Numbered from the stretch's first letter, positions 32,201 through 42,764 are shown. The stretch is DNA of 64,000 nucleotides from an uncultured Planctomycetota bacterium (GCA_963849325.1 CAWKHF010000006.1:768001-832000), one strand, 5' to 3'. Program-made: numbers and translations. Notes: generated from the letters alone by a model not told the origin.

Positions 32201-35200
32201 GTATGGTTACGACAGCGGCGGCCGCTTGACGCGCACACAAACGGCCAACGGCACTATCTATCGCACGGTGTACAACAGCCTGGGCCAGCCTCTCAGCGAT
32301 TGGGTCGGTACCAATGACACGCCGGATTACGGCGAGTGGTCGCCGGACAACAACACCGGCACGTCGAACATGGTGCAGGTGCGCAGCTACCAGTACGACA
32401 ATGGTGGTGTCGGCGATGGTAACCTGACGCAAGTGACCGACTCTCCGGGACTGGGCCAGGCGGATCGCGTCACCCAACTCTGGTACGACTGGCGCGATCG
32501 GGTGGTGGCCACGAAGTCGGGCGTACAGTACAGCGAAAACGACGGCACCAACCGGCCTATCATCGTCACCACCTACGACAATCTCAACGAAGCCATCGAG
32601 ACGCAGCAGTACGATGGCGATGGAGTGACGCCGCAGATCGTCAACGGTGTACTGCAAGCGTTGGACCCATCGCTGTTGCGGGCGCAGGAGGTCGATAGCT
32701 ACGACGATCAGGGCCGTATCTACCAGACGCAGGTTTACGACGTGAACCCGAGCACGGGTGCGGTGTCGAGCACGGCGTTGACCACCAACGACTACTACGG
32801 TCACCGCGGCAATTTGATCGCCGAGTCGGCGCCGGGCGGGCTATGGACCAAGAGCCAGTTCGACGGCACCGGCCGCGATGTGATGGATTCCACTACCGAC
32901 GGCGCGGGTGGCACGACTTGGGCGGCGGCGGCGAGCGTGGCCAACGATACGGTCTTGGAGCAGCAGCAGACGGTCTACGACGCGGACGGCAACGCCATCG
33001 AGACGATTGACAGCCAGCGTTTCGACAACGCCACCGGTACGGGTCCGCTGGGCAATCCGACCAGCGGCATCGGGGCGCGGGTGTACTACGCGGCTGCTTA
33101 TTACGACAATACGGATCGTGTGACGGCGACGGTGGACATGGGCACCAACGGCGGGGTGGCCTGGACGCGGCCGAACACGCCACCGGCCGCGTCGGCGACG
33201 GCGTTGGTGACGACGTATGCCTACAACGGGATGGGCCAGGTGCAAGACGTGACCGACCCGATGGGTATCGTCAATCGCACCTACTACGACAACCTGGGCC
33301 GCGCCACCGAGACTATTCAGGACTACACCGACGGTACGGAGACCGACGAAAGCAACATCACCACCGAGTACGGCTACGATGGCGACAACAACGTGGTGTA
33401 CGTGCGTGCCGACGAACCGGGCGGGGCGTATCAACAGACACAGTACGTCTACGGCGTGACCACGGCCAGCGGCAGCGGTGTCAACAGCAATGATATTCTG
33501 TCGGCGATCCAGCATCCCGACCCGACGACGGGCATTCCCAGCAGCAGCGATCAGGACAGTTACCTCGTCAACGCCCTGGGCCAGACGGTGCAGTACACCG
33601 ACGCCAACGGTAACGTCCACCAGTACACCTACGACGTGCTGGGACGCTTGACCGCGGATGCGGTGACGACGTTGGGCGCGGGCGTCGATGGCAGTGTGCA
33701 GCGCATCGAGTACGGCTACGACAGCCAAGGCAACCTGTCCCTCATCACCAGCTACGATGCGCCGACGGGCGGAAACATCGTCAACCAGGTGCAGGACGGT
33801 TACAACGGCTTAGGTCAGTTGACCGGCGAGTATCAGTCGCACAGCGGGGCGGTGGTGCCGGGCACGACGCCGGAGGTGCAGTACGGTTACACGGAGATGT
33901 CCGGCGGTCAGAACAACAGCCGGCTGACGCAAGTGGTCTATCCCAGCGGCTACGCCGTCTACTACAACTACGCCAGCGGGTTGGACAGCAACATCAGCCG
34001 CCTGTCGTCGCTGTCGGATGGTACGGGCACGCTGGAGAGCTACAAGTACCTGGGCCTGAACACGGTGGTCGAGCGTGACCACCCGCAAAACCACGTCAAT
34101 CAGACTTTCATCGCCCAGCCGAACCAGTCGCAGACGGGCGATGCCGGCGATAAGTATGTGGGGTTGGACCGTTTTGGCCGGATAGTGTCGGACAACTGGT
34201 ACAACACGGCGACGCAGCAATCGACGGGCGATTTCGACTATGGTTATGACCAGGATGGCGATGTGCTATACCAGCAGAACTTGGTCGATGCGGCGATGAG
34301 CCAGTTGTTCCAATACAACGACCTCAACGAACTCATCAGCTACCAGCAAGGTACGTTGAACTCCACGAATACGGGGATCGTAGGTACGCCATCGGCGAGC
34401 CAGAGTTGGACGCCGGATGCGCTGGGTAATTTCACCAGCACGACGACCAACGGCGTGACGCAGACGGAGACGTTCAACCAGCAGAACGAGATCGCGAGCA
34501 TCTCGGGGTCGGGAGCGGTAACATATGATGCCAACGGCAACCTGACGGCGGACGGCAGCGGCAATACCTACGTCTATGATGTCTGGAACCGCCTGGTGGC
34601 GATACAGAACAATGGCACGACGGTGGCGGCCTACGGCTATGACGGGTTGGGCCGCCGGATCACGCAGACGGATGGCGGTACGACGACGGACCTGTACCTG
34701 TCGTCGGCGGGACAGGTGTTGGAGGAGCGTATCGGCGGCGTGGTGCAGGCACGGAACGTGTGGAGTCCGGTGTATGTCAACGCTCTGGTGCTACGCGATC
34801 AATCGAGTCAAGGCAACGGCGTTCTGGACCAGTGGCTGTACATGCAACAGGACGCCAACTGGAATGTGACGGCGTTGATGGACACGAGCGGCAACGTGGT
34901 CGAGCGCTACGCCTACGAGCCTTATGGTGCCGTGACCGTGCTGAATCCAGACGGTTCGGTGCGGGGAATAAGTGCCTACGCTATGCCGTACCTATGGCAG
35001 GGGGAGCGCTATGACTGGGTTGCGAATCTGTACCATACGTTCATCCGCGATGATTCGCCAGCTATAATGCGGCCTTTGCAGGCGGATCCGACGGGGCAGG
35101 CAGCGGGTCTCAACCTCTATCGCTGGGAGGACGACGCGCCAACGTATTCTTTGGATCCCACTGGCTTGGATCCGACCGATGAGGGCCATATCAAGGTGAA

Positions 35201-35945
35201 TGTCCCTCGCCGTGACCCGATCGACTGGGGCCGTATCGATAAAATCTTCAGAGGTGGTGGCGGGGCCATCGGGGGCGGTGGTGGGGGCAATGGCAGGGTC
35301 ATCAATCCGATCGACTGGGGACGTATCGATCAGATCTTCGGGGATGATGGCGGGACCATTGGAGGCGGTGGTGGGGGTAGCGGAGGCCGTATCGATCTGA
35401 CAACGGCCGGAGGTGGGGACGCCGGGTGCGGTGATTGGAGTTTTTACAAGTGGCTTTATACTGGAGACGGTTACACCTCGGATGCAATCTATGAGGCGTT
35501 GATGGCAGAAGGAGGCGAATACCTATTTCAGCATAGTCCGTTTCGGGGAGCCTATGTATTTGTTGGCGCTGAAGGAAGTCTTGGCCCTGAGCGTTCCGGC
35601 GGTGAGGTTCTCGGACTGGGCGGATATGATCTGAATGATGGTTTTTGGGGAGGAGGGCTCGGTGGTGTTAGCCTCAATGCCGGCCCCGTAGCAATAACGG
35701 GGGGTGTTGAGAATACGACAAATCATGGCGCTGAAGGAATTGTCTTGGTCGATCCCAAGCACCACGGAAGCACGCATGGCAAAATACCTTGTGGAATGTT
35801 TTTTACAGGTGACGAGGTGGGGGTTTATGGCTCGAAATCTTTCAGTCGATTCTTTTTTGTTGGAGGAGGTGTCTATTTTTCATACAGTAATCTTCCAAAT
35901 TATTATGATAGCAATTATTGGATGGGTCGTCTTCCTGTAAAATAG
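29265..35945 (+). CDS. RHS/YD-repeat protein (2226 aa) with LEPR-XLL-like leader, DUF6531-like region, RHS core and C-terminal effector domain
   Basis: YD repeats (YTYDVLGRLT, YGYDGLGRRI); core ...QADPTG...NLYRW...PTYSLDPTGL at ~35151-35168; GC falls towards the 3' end. Confidence 0.92.
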   Translation: MMRWKHSIRIDLCPPEWLANAWATLRGWLKDSRVLSRRDFGPPRPWRRRVYLEVEALELRLLPAVDLSQFISTFNAGNTLPILAVASAYPAHGSTAGPGQDDLNTSGTPTPSVHNAFPGDNAIDESSTRNVGSDVPQRPQEQLGRPEHSPHRNPGRQPDPTPTTTPTPITPQVIGPHAKLPPNYVTGPSCNCGCPDEPGSTVQSAANTNATTSSASSSGATGGNGPVYTPGGGGTGGVAVQTTPQVETPYPVRFADGTVNIAETDLHSDAFGFAWGQTRSWSNGPGYATGSDNGNGWVDTYTPHLIQAGGWAPNNTLAVIANGTTAYYFDLQDDGSYQGRFSDPAKLTVNSSNDTYTLTDGQGDQIVFDGFGSSWLPAQKGQMQSYTDANGITLAVTSYTADGHIAEMQRSGTSNGNTVTESWLYSYLPSTDANAGLLQSVTLRQQTNGGAWTTVQQVQYTYYDGSQQYGGSLGDLMTATVLDGNNNVLSTSYYRYYTAGQANGYAGGLEYVFNPASYTRLTAALGTDLGDLTDAQVAPFADNYFQYDSQQRVIQEVAQGAGDSQTAGGLGTYTFSYTASNNAPGYNSWATKTVVTNPDGSTDTVYTNAYGQTMLIDHYDPISGLDTDNFYAYNDQGQLILQAAPSAVTGYDDSYADLLNNDQYLNSNSGLITRYDYYTTTTATETTAGGVAGYLEDKQIQQGQQGALVPQETWQYYAHAYGGQTVAPIATDTVYRNSDGTGAETTSYAYTWYSGTAEMQSETVSAPVISSAQNGPGTADVTTTVFDTNGNPIWVQDPDGYIQYFAYDPLTGALVTSIADVNTADTSEFTNLPTGWTTPTGGGLNLVTQYQVDDRGRTTKETSPDGNITYYVYLDAQHEERIYQGWNASSGMPTGPTEVIREDAADGYDEVFTMTAAPNLNPDGTPNGSEATSGLQSLTRDYTNDASQMIAEDDYFNLGGLAYSTGVMGTLNVNYYQTQYGYDSGGRLTRTQTANGTIYRTVYNSLGQPLSDWVGTNDTPDYGEWSPDNNTGTSNMVQVRSYQYDNGGVGDGNLTQVTDSPGLGQADRVTQLWYDWRDRVVATKSGVQYSENDGTNRPIIVTTYDNLNEAIETQQYDGDGVTPQIVNGVLQALDPSLLRAQEVDSYDDQGRIYQTQVYDVNPSTGAVSSTALTTNDYYGHRGNLIAESAPGGLWTKSQFDGTGRDVMDSTTDGAGGTTWAAAASVANDTVLEQQQTVYDADGNAIETIDSQRFDNATGTGPLGNPTSGIGARVYYAAAYYDNTDRVTATVDMGTNGGVAWTRPNTPPAASATALVTTYAYNGMGQVQDVTDPMGIVNRTYYDNLGRATETIQDYTDGTETDESNITTEYGYDGDNNVVYVRADEPGGAYQQTQYVYGVTTASGSGVNSNDILSAIQHPDPTTGIPSSSDQDSYLVNALGQTVQYTDANGNVHQYTYDVLGRLTADAVTTLGAGVDGSVQRIEYGYDSQGNLSLITSYDAPTGGNIVNQVQDGYNGLGQLTGEYQSHSGAVVPGTTPEVQYGYTEMSGGQNNSRLTQVVYPSGYAVYYNYASGLDSNISRLSSLSDGTGTLESYKYLGLNTVVERDHPQNHVNQTFIAQPNQSQTGDAGDKYVGLDRFGRIVSDNWYNTATQQSTGDFDYGYDQDGDVLYQQNLVDAAMSQLFQYNDLNELISYQQGTLNSTNTGIVGTPSASQSWTPDALGNFTSTTTNGVTQTETFNQQNEIASISGSGAVTYDANGNLTADGSGNTYVYDVWNRLVAIQNNGTTVAAYGYDGLGRRITQTDGGTTTDLYLSSAGQVLEERIGGVVQARNVWSPVYVNALVLRDQSSQGNGVLDQWLYMQQDANWNVTALMDTSGNVVERYAYEPYGAVTVLNPDGSVRGISAYAMPYLWQGERYDWVANLYHTFIRDDSPAIMRPLQADPTGQAAGLNLYRWEDDAPTYSLDPTGLDPTDEGHIKVNVPRRDPIDWGRIDKIFRGGGGAIGGGGGGNGRVINPIDWGRIDQIFGDDGGTIGGGGGGSGGRIDLTTAGGGDAGCGDWSFYKWLYTGDGYTSDAIYEALMAEGGEYLFQHSPFRGAYVFVGAEGSLGPERSGGEVLGLGGYDLNDGFWGGGLGGVSLNAGPVAITGGVENTTNHGAEGIVLVDPKHHGSTHGKIPCGMFFTGDEVGVYGSKSFSRFFFVGGGVYFSYSNLPNYYDSNYWMGRLPVK

Positions 35946-36112
35946 AAAAAATGGTAATTATGTAATATAAGACTCAGATTTATGCTCGGTCACTACTTCC
36001 TGGTGATTGGGAGGCTCTGCCGCCTTCCCGGACTCCGCAGGTAGCTACAAGTCCGATTGGGAACGGAGGGAGACATGGTTTTTTTTCAGTATGAAGCAAG
36101 GAGACGTCTTCC

Positions 36113-36598
36113 TTGAAATCATTCTGCTTGTATCGAGAACGTCGTGTAATTGCTCCATCACGAGTCGTGGTTGATTACCAGCCAGAGGAATTGACACGGT
36201 TCCGTACAGAATTCGATCCGGTTGCTCGACACTATCGCCAATGTATACACATTGGATACATCTTTATTATCGTTGGTTTCGCCTGCATCCTACTGTGCAT
36301 GGTCTTCCCTGTGTTCTCCTCCTGGTTTCTAGTCACTTTTGTTTTCTGCTGGTTGATAGTGATGCTCCTTGCCTTTTTATCGCCAGTGCCGGATTGCCCG
36401 GCGTGCCATAATGCGCTCGACCAAGGTGTAGGTGACTACTGCCCAGAATGCGGCGCGCATGCGATTCAGCGTGGCGATTGGTTCCGCGCGACCCAGTGCT
36501 TGTCATGTGGAAGAACCTTGCAACGAATTAAGGCACGTCACTACACGATTCGAGCTTGCACCCATTGCGGGGTTCCACTTGATGAAAAGGGGGTGTGA
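36113..36598 (+). CDS. Membrane protein with two TM helices and four CxxC motifs; candidate RHS immunity protein
   Basis: Low GC, directly downstream of RHS; CPAC, CPEC, CLSC, CTHC; AGGAG before TTG. Confidence 0.6.
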   Translation: MKSFCLYRERRVIAPSRVVVDYQPEELTRFRTEFDPVARHYRQCIHIGYIFIIVGFACILLCMVFPVFSSWFLVTFVFCWLIVMLLAFLSPVPDCPACHNALDQGVGDYCPECGAHAIQRGDWFRATQCLSCGRTLQRIKARHYTIRACTHCGVPLDEKGV

Positions 36599-36619
36599 GT
36601 CAGAAAAGAAAAAGAGGTT

Positions 36620-36652
36620 GGTCGAGAAAAGGTCGAGAAAAGGTCGAGAAAA
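36620..36652 (+). repeat. 3 x 11-bp tandem repeat GGTCGAGAAAA
   Basis: Read directly; abuts the IS4 target site. Confidence 0.85.
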
Positions 36653-36664
36653 GGGGTCGGGACT

Positions 36665-38169
36665 GAATGGCGTTCGGTTAAGCCGCATCTTCTTGTGGTG
36701 GTGACGTTTGATGCAACAATCTCTCGCGCAGCGCGGCTCGTGGTTGGTTCATCAAGTCGTAGGGTTTGGCCCGACGTTTCTTCACCCGCGGTTCCACGCG
36801 ACCGGGACGACACGGTACTACCTGCAGCCGCGGCAATTCTTCGCCATGCCGCGCTTCCCGCAACCAACGCCACGCATCCGCGAAGCTAATACGTTCTGGT
36901 TCCACCTCTTGCTGTCGCGCCGCCTCCACCATCACCCGACGCACCAGATTATACACCAGCACGAAGACCAACAGTTCCTTCCACACACCTTGCCACGTCT
37001 CACAACGCAGCACGTCCATGCGCAAGGTCTGTTTCAGGTGACGCAGATTGACTTCCACGCCCCAACGCTTCTCGTACAGCCGAGCCAACACCTCCGGCGG
37101 ATAACGCCGTCGATCCAACAGCGTTGTCACCAGGGTCAACTCCCGCACCCGGCAAGTCGGCGTCCGGATCGGCACACGCACCTCACGGACCACCAGCGAC
37201 GACGGCAAGGATTCATACTCCTGGCTGTCCATCCAGGCCGGACACTCGGCTGGCTTAACGTACTCGACGAGTTGATCGTCGCGGCCCAGCCGACGCAGCC
37301 AGCGCGAGCGGGGCAAGCCCGCTTCTGCCTTGCGGGGCTGACGGTTCGGCGCTACGTGCTTCCGCCGCGGCTTGAAGGAGATGATAAGACGCTGATGGGC
37401 ACGAAAGAGGCTGAAAACGCCTCGTTGGTGTCGCATCGCCAGGTGAGCATAGGAGCAGAAAGCGCGATCGCCGGCCACCACGTCGCCAGCCCGCAGTCCG
37501 CGGTGGGTCCAGGTCAGGTCGGCCAGGTCGTGCGTCCGTAACGGTCCCGGCATGACGTTGATCAGATAGCCGGTGTAGGCATGAAACTGCACCAGCAGGT
37601 GGGCCGTGGGGAAGCCGCAGCCTTGGGCCTGCTGGCCACTCTGACCGAAGGCGGCATGCAAGTCGGGCGTGTCCGGCATGGAGAAACTGGAACCATCGAG
37701 GAAAAAGACGCGATGACCATGCCACAAGGCGCGTGGGTCGTTGTCGCTGGAGCGGCAGCGGTCGAGGACGGCGACGCCCAGTCGTTGGAAGAAGGGCACG
37801 GGCAGGCGTTGTCGGGCCTCGCAGTAGGACGAGTCTGCGAAGGAAAGCTTGGCGAGGCGGCGGAGTTCGGAGACCGAGGTGTTCCCTTCGAGGATTTGGC
37901 GGATGAACAAGTGGGTGGTGACCAGGGGAGTCAGCCGACGCTGACGTCCGCCCAGACGGAGCGCTCGTGCGAGGGAATGGATGAGGGGGGCATCGATCCA
38001 TTGGGCGGTAGCACCCTTGATGCGTTCGAGGGCTTGCGACATACTAAGCATGGCGGCCTCCTGAGATGATGAGGTCTGGACAACTCCATCATGGCAGGAG
38101 GCTGCCGCCTTTCCAAGATCGTCAGAAGTTCAAGCAGCGAAAGAGGCTACGCTTAACCGAACGCCATTC
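36665..38169 (-). mobile_element. Complete IS4-family insertion sequence (1505 bp)
   Basis: 19-bp perfect IRs GAATGGCGTTCGGTTAAGC (36665-36683) / GCTTAACCGAACGCCATTC (38151-38169); 11-bp target duplication GGGTCGGGACT (36654-36664, 38170-38180). Confidence 0.95.
36678..38051 (-). CDS. IS4-family DDE transposase
   Basis: FLDGSS, GDRAF, LYEKRWGVEVNLRHLK (YREK motif). Confidence 0.93.
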   Translation of the reverse strand: MLSMSQALERIKGATAQWIDAPLIHSLARALRLGGRQRRLTPLVTTHLFIRQILEGNTSVSELRRLAKLSFADSSYCEARQRLPVPFFQRLGVAVLDRCRSSDNDPRALWHGHRVFFLDGSSFSMPDTPDLHAAFGQSGQQAQGCGFPTAHLLVQFHAYTGYLINVMPGPLRTHDLADLTWTHRGLRAGDVVAGDRAFCSYAHLAMRHQRGVFSLFRAHQRLIISFKPRRKHVAPNRQPRKAEAGLPRSRWLRRLGRDDQLVEYVKPAECPAWMDSQEYESLPSSLVVREVRVPIRTPTCRVRELTLVTTLLDRRRYPPEVLARLYEKRWGVEVNLRHLKQTLRMDVLRCETWQGVWKELLVFVLVYNLVRRVMVEAARQQEVEPERISFADAWRWLREARHGEELPRLQVVPCRPGRVEPRVKKRRAKPYDLMNQPRAALRERLLHQTSPPQEDAA

Positions 38170-38545
38170 GGGTCGGGACTCGTAGTTGTTATAGAAGCAC
38201 TGGGGCCGAAGCCAGGGACGGTTGGAGGAACTATCGGGCAAATTTCCAAGGGACCGCCCCTAACTATCTGGAATAACACGGGCTCCGTTTGGTCGCAGGC
38301 CGGACACAATGGCGCTCCGATACGCTGGTGGTTCCCCGTGTTGAACCGAGAGATTGCTGCTCAATCCGGTGGCAAAGCTTGGTACTGCTTCACTGCGCCC
38401 GTCAGTGCGTGGAACCGAGGGAATTATTATCTGCCGCCCTACATTGGAACGCATGGGGGAGCGGACTTGTGGAACTTGCTATTCGGACCAGAGAACTCAT
38501 CGGGGGAGTAGACGTCCATGTTGTAGAGGATCTCATTATTCCGGG

Positions 38546-39358
38546 ATGGAGAAGCGAGGTCCGTTCGCTATGGGAATTCCCCTTTTTTGGTGTCCGGATG
38601 AGCTGGGACCGGTCTGGTGGATTCCGGTAATGTGCGCTGGATATCCGGTTTATCTACCTTCAGAAGCGTGTGTGACGCGAATCCTTGGTTCACGGCTTAA
38701 CCGGTCTCGCACCGCTGGGGCTTCGCTCCAGACGAATTGCTTCGGTCTCGTGCTTGCACCGAGTTGGCCGGAAAGCCCGCCCCTATCTAATCCGCCTCCT
38801 CTTGCCGATTTTGATGTAGTTGCGGAGCGTGCGTGTGGCCTTTCTGTTCCATGTGCCCATGTTTCATCTACTCTTGACTTGGATGGTATCTGGGGTTGGG
38901 AGGGGTCTTCCTGGGTGATGCTAGGAGGAGATCGTACTCTAACCCCAGCGCTGCTTCGGATCCTGCTCGGGTCCGGCTGTTTGTGTTGTGGAGAAATGAT
39001 GGGATGCAAGAAATACTACCTGACTTCGCAAGAGATTGCACTGCATTGGCCAACCCTTCTTCATTTGCCAGGTATTGAAATCGATGTGGGAGAATGGGGC
39101 ACAATTTTTGGATCTGATTCTCCTGCAGCTGGTAGGTATCAGAATGGAGAGATCAAGCGCGGTCCCGTTTCGATCGAGATGTTTTCTGGTCAGGGTTTCG
39201 ATGTCCGTTCAAATCAGGACACATATTACATGGCTATCGATTACCATCAGAGATTCTTTGGATCACGCTCAATGGACAACTTAGTAGCAGAGGTAGACCT
39301 GGAGTTAGCACGACTTGCATGTATTTGTGTTGACAAGGTTCACATTCTTCGGCGCTGA
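38546..39358 (+). CDS. Low-GC hypothetical protein (start uncertain); possible additional immunity-type cassette
   Basis: Long open frame 38354..39358 in the AT-richer segment after RHS/IS4; no recognisable motif. Confidence 0.4.
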   Translation: MEKRGPFAMGIPLFWCPDELGPVWWIPVMCAGYPVYLPSEACVTRILGSRLNRSRTAGASLQTNCFGLVLAPSWPESPPLSNPPPLADFDVVAERACGLSVPCAHVSSTLDLDGIWGWEGSSWVMLGGDRTLTPALLRILLGSGCLCCGEMMGCKKYYLTSQEIALHWPTLLHLPGIEIDVGEWGTIFGSDSPAAGRYQNGEIKRGPVSIEMFSGQGFDVRSNQDTYYMAIDYHQRFFGSRSMDNLVAEVDLELARLACICVDKVHILRR

Positions 39359-39514
39359 TAGGGGAGAATGCAGAAAAGAAATGAGAAATGAGAAAAGGCG
39401 CCAGAAAAGAGAAAAGAATGGAAATTGGTGACATTCTAGGCATTTTTTGCTTCTTCCTTTGATTCTGCTGAAAAGCGAGCCGTTACTTCACCCATTGGAC
39501 GAAAGCGATGGCCA

Positions 39515-41213
39515 TTATCGACGCAGCGATTCGTGGCGTAGAAAATCGAAGTCGGCACCCAGATGCGCTTGCTGGATCGTCTGCTGATACAGCCAGGCGT
39601 AACCGCGCAGGAACGGACCGAGGTGGCGGCAGCTGTGCCCGACGTGCGTCCAGTTCGCGGGCCTCGACGAGTAATTCCAGGGACCGACGCTCGGCATCCA
39701 GGGCGATGCGGTCACCGGTGCGGACCAGTCCGAGCGGGCCGCCGGCGGCTGCCTCTGGCGCGACGTGCAGAACGACCGTGCCGAACGCCGTGCCGCTCAT
39801 CCGCGCGTCGGAGATGCGAATCATGTCCTGGAGGCCGCGCAGCTTCTTCGGGATCGGCAGGGCGCCGGCTTCCGGCATCCCCGATCCTCCCAGCGGGCCG
39901 GCGTTCTGCAACACGAGAATATCGTCCGGCGTCACGTCCAGGTCCGGGGCGTCGATACGCGCGGCGAGGTCTGACAGCGAGGAGAAGACAATCGCGCGGC
40001 CGGTCTTGCGCAGCAACTCCGGCGAAGCCGCCGAACGCTTGAGGATCGCTCCCTCTGGGGCGAGATTGCCGTGCAGAACGATCAGCGAACCGCGCGGCGC
40101 CAGCGGCTCACGGAGCGGGCGAATGACAGTCTGCCACGAGGGAAATTCATACGGCCCATCGAGAATCGCGCCGAGCGTGCGGCCGTCCACCGTCGGAACG
40201 TCGAGGTGCAGCAGCGGTTTCAATTCCTGCAAGACGACGCCCATGCCGCCGGCGCGGTGAAAGTCCTCCATGTAGCCCTGCCCGGACGGTTTCAGATCGA
40301 CGAGCAACGGCGTCGAATCGCTGACGCGATCCAGCGCGTCCAGTGACAGTCTGATGCCACAACGACCGGCAATGGCAATCAGGTGAATGATGGCGTTCGT
40401 CGAGCCGCCGAGGGCTTGCAGCACGCGCCAGGCGTTCTCGAAAGACTTCTCCGTGAGCAGGCGTGCGGGCGTTCGGCTGGAACCGACCAGCGCCACGGCG
40501 CAGCGGCCGGCGAGTTCGGCGTGGCGCAGGCGCTCGCCGTAAACCGCCGGGATCGTCGCGCCGCCCGGCAGCAGGAGTCCGAGCGCTTCGAGCAGACAGG
40601 CCATCGTGCTCGCCGTGCCCATCACGCCGCAGGTGCCCGCCGTGGGAATGAGGCTGGACTCCACGCGCCGGATGGTATCGTCGTCGATTTCGCCACGGCG
40701 ATAGCGGCCCCAGAAGCGGCGGCAGTCGGTACATGCCGCCACGCGCTCGCCGTCGAAGTCGCCGCTGAGCATCGGGCCTGTCACCAGGGCGACGCTTGGC
40801 ACGCCAGCGCTGGCCGCCCCCATGACCAGGGCCGGCATCGTCTTGTCGCAGCCGCCGACCAGGACTGCCGCATCGATTGGCTGCGCCGTCAACATCACCT
40901 CCACGTCCATCGACATCAGGTTGCGCATCATCATGGCGCTGGGGTTGAGGAACGGTTCGCCCAGCGAAATGACGGGAAACTCGCGCGGCAAGCCGCCCGC
41001 CTGCCAGACGCCGCGCTTCACCGCGTCGATCAACTCGGGCAGACCGCGATGACAGTGGTTGAACTCGCTGAAGGTGTTGACGATGCCGACGATCGGTTTG
41101 CCCAGCGCGTCGTCGGATAGACCCATCGACTTGACGCAGGAACGGCGGAAAAAGGCGGCGAAATCGCGGTCGCCGTATTCCGTGAGATGACCGCCGAGAC
41201 CGTGGGTAGTCAT
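39515..41213 (-). CDS. IlvD/Edd-family dehydratase (probably sugar-acid type); frameshift ~39620
   Basis: GGCDKT, CGVMGTASTM, GGSTNA, GMPE, SDARMSGT, LHVAPEAA; canonical tail RGYAWLYQQTIQQAHLGADFDFL in ORF 39515..39715. Confidence 0.88.
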
Positions 41214-41428
41214 GAGAAAAAAGTTCTCCGCTCCTCTGGAGAGGCGGTAACGGAATGCCGCTGGACACACGCGAAGCCGCAAGCGGCCCCTTTCGTTCGG
41301 GCCTCTACTATACCGATTCCGGACGAGACGGAGAAGTCGTGCGGGGGAGGCACGACTGCGGGAATCCCGTTGGCCTCGCCTCGCCTCGGGAGTAAGCTGT
41401 TTGAAGACGCCATACGAGAACAAGACCC

Positions 41429-42707
41429 ATGAAAGCGAAATCTCTCCTGATGGTCGGCTTCGCCCTGATCGGGACCAACTCCGCGGTCGCGGCAGCACTG
41501 TCGCCGGGCTATCACGCCAAGGTCGCGGTCGGCGCCCCAACGCGCATCGATTGGACCTTCGCCGTGGCCAATCGCAGCCTGGCGAGTCCGCCCGCCGACT
41601 GGCTGGGCGACTACGATTCCCAACGGCAATCGTATGAGCTGTTCGTGCCGCCGCGGCGCGATGCCCGGAAACCCTTGCCGGTCCTCGTCTTCATCTCGCC
41701 CGGAAACGAACCGATGGGCTGGAAGCGTTTCGAGAACGTCTGCAAGCAGCGCGGCATCCTTTTCGCCGGCCCGCGCGGCGCCGGCAACGACTGCCCATCG
41801 AAGAAGCGCGTGCGCCTCGTCCTCGACGTGCTCGACGACGTGCGCCGAAATTATCCGACCGACCCGGATCGGACGTACCTGGCCGGCTTCTCGGGAGGCG
41901 GACGCATCGCCTGCGCCATCGCCTTCGCCCTGCCGGAATACATTGGCGGCGCGATGCCGATTTGCGCCAGCGGCGATCTGCGCGGCGAGTCGTGGCTGCG
42001 GCAGCGTGTCATCGATCGCCTCAGTGTCGCGCTGCTGACAGGAGAGAAGGACTTCAACCGCGCCGAGGTCGAACGGCTACGCGGCCCTCTGCTGAAGGAA
42101 GTGGGTATGACGGCCCGCGTCTGGGTGCAGCCGGGCATGGGCCATGACGTCCCCTCCGAGAAGACGCTGCTCGAAGCGATCCGCTGGCTCGACGACTCCG
42201 CGACGCGGCGCCAGGAGGAAGCGAAGCGCTATCCAGCGTCGCGCATGGCTGGAACTGCCGCGCCCGGCCGCGCAGGAGCAGGCCAAGGCGCTATTCGCCG
42301 AGGCGAAAAAGCGGCTGGGCAAGCGCGAGACCCTGTATTCCGGTTTGATGCAGTTGCAGGGCTGCATGCAGCGTTGGCCGGACCTGCCCATCGGCGCGGA
42401 AGCCAAGAAAGTCCTTCTGGAGTACGACGGCCGCACGGAACGACCGTGGGAAGCGGACGACCTCGCCGAGCAGCGCCGTTTCCTCATCGCCCAGGCACGG
42501 GCCATCGATGCCTACGCCTGCGGCGATTTGCCTCCACAGTACGCCAAGGAACGGCCGGACGCCGCCCGACAGGCCATCCAACTCTGGGAGAAAGTGCTGG
42601 CCGATGGACCCGACACAGCCGCCGGGCGCGAGGCGAAGAAACGCATCCCCGCGCTGGAGAAAATCGCGGCCCCCGAGAAAGGAGATTTATCCGAGCCTGA
42701 AGCGTAA
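41429..42707 (+). CDS. Exported alpha/beta-hydrolase (esterase-like) with helical C-terminus; frameshift ~42270
   Basis: Signal peptide; DPDRTYLAGFSGGG; GEKD; PGMGH. Confidence 0.75.
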
Positions 42708-42748
42708 GCGAAGGAACAGCAAACTTCGCTTACGCTTCAGGCTCGGAT
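42689..42748. repeat. REP-like palindrome, family A, overlapping the hydrolase stop codon
   Basis: ATCCGAGCCTGAAGCGTAAGCGAAG...CTTCGCTTACGCTTCAGGCTCGGAT. Confidence 0.9.
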
Positions 42749-42764
42749 CTACGCTCCGGAAGCG

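Noticed and set aside
26925-32804. Long ORFs 26925..29090 (+) and 30546..32804 (-)
   Set aside because: Antisense shadows of korA and the RHS gene.
29265-35945. RHS protein as a T6SS effector
   Set aside because: No PAAR, VgrG or chaperone gene seen; the N-terminus carries the planctomycete-type leader instead.
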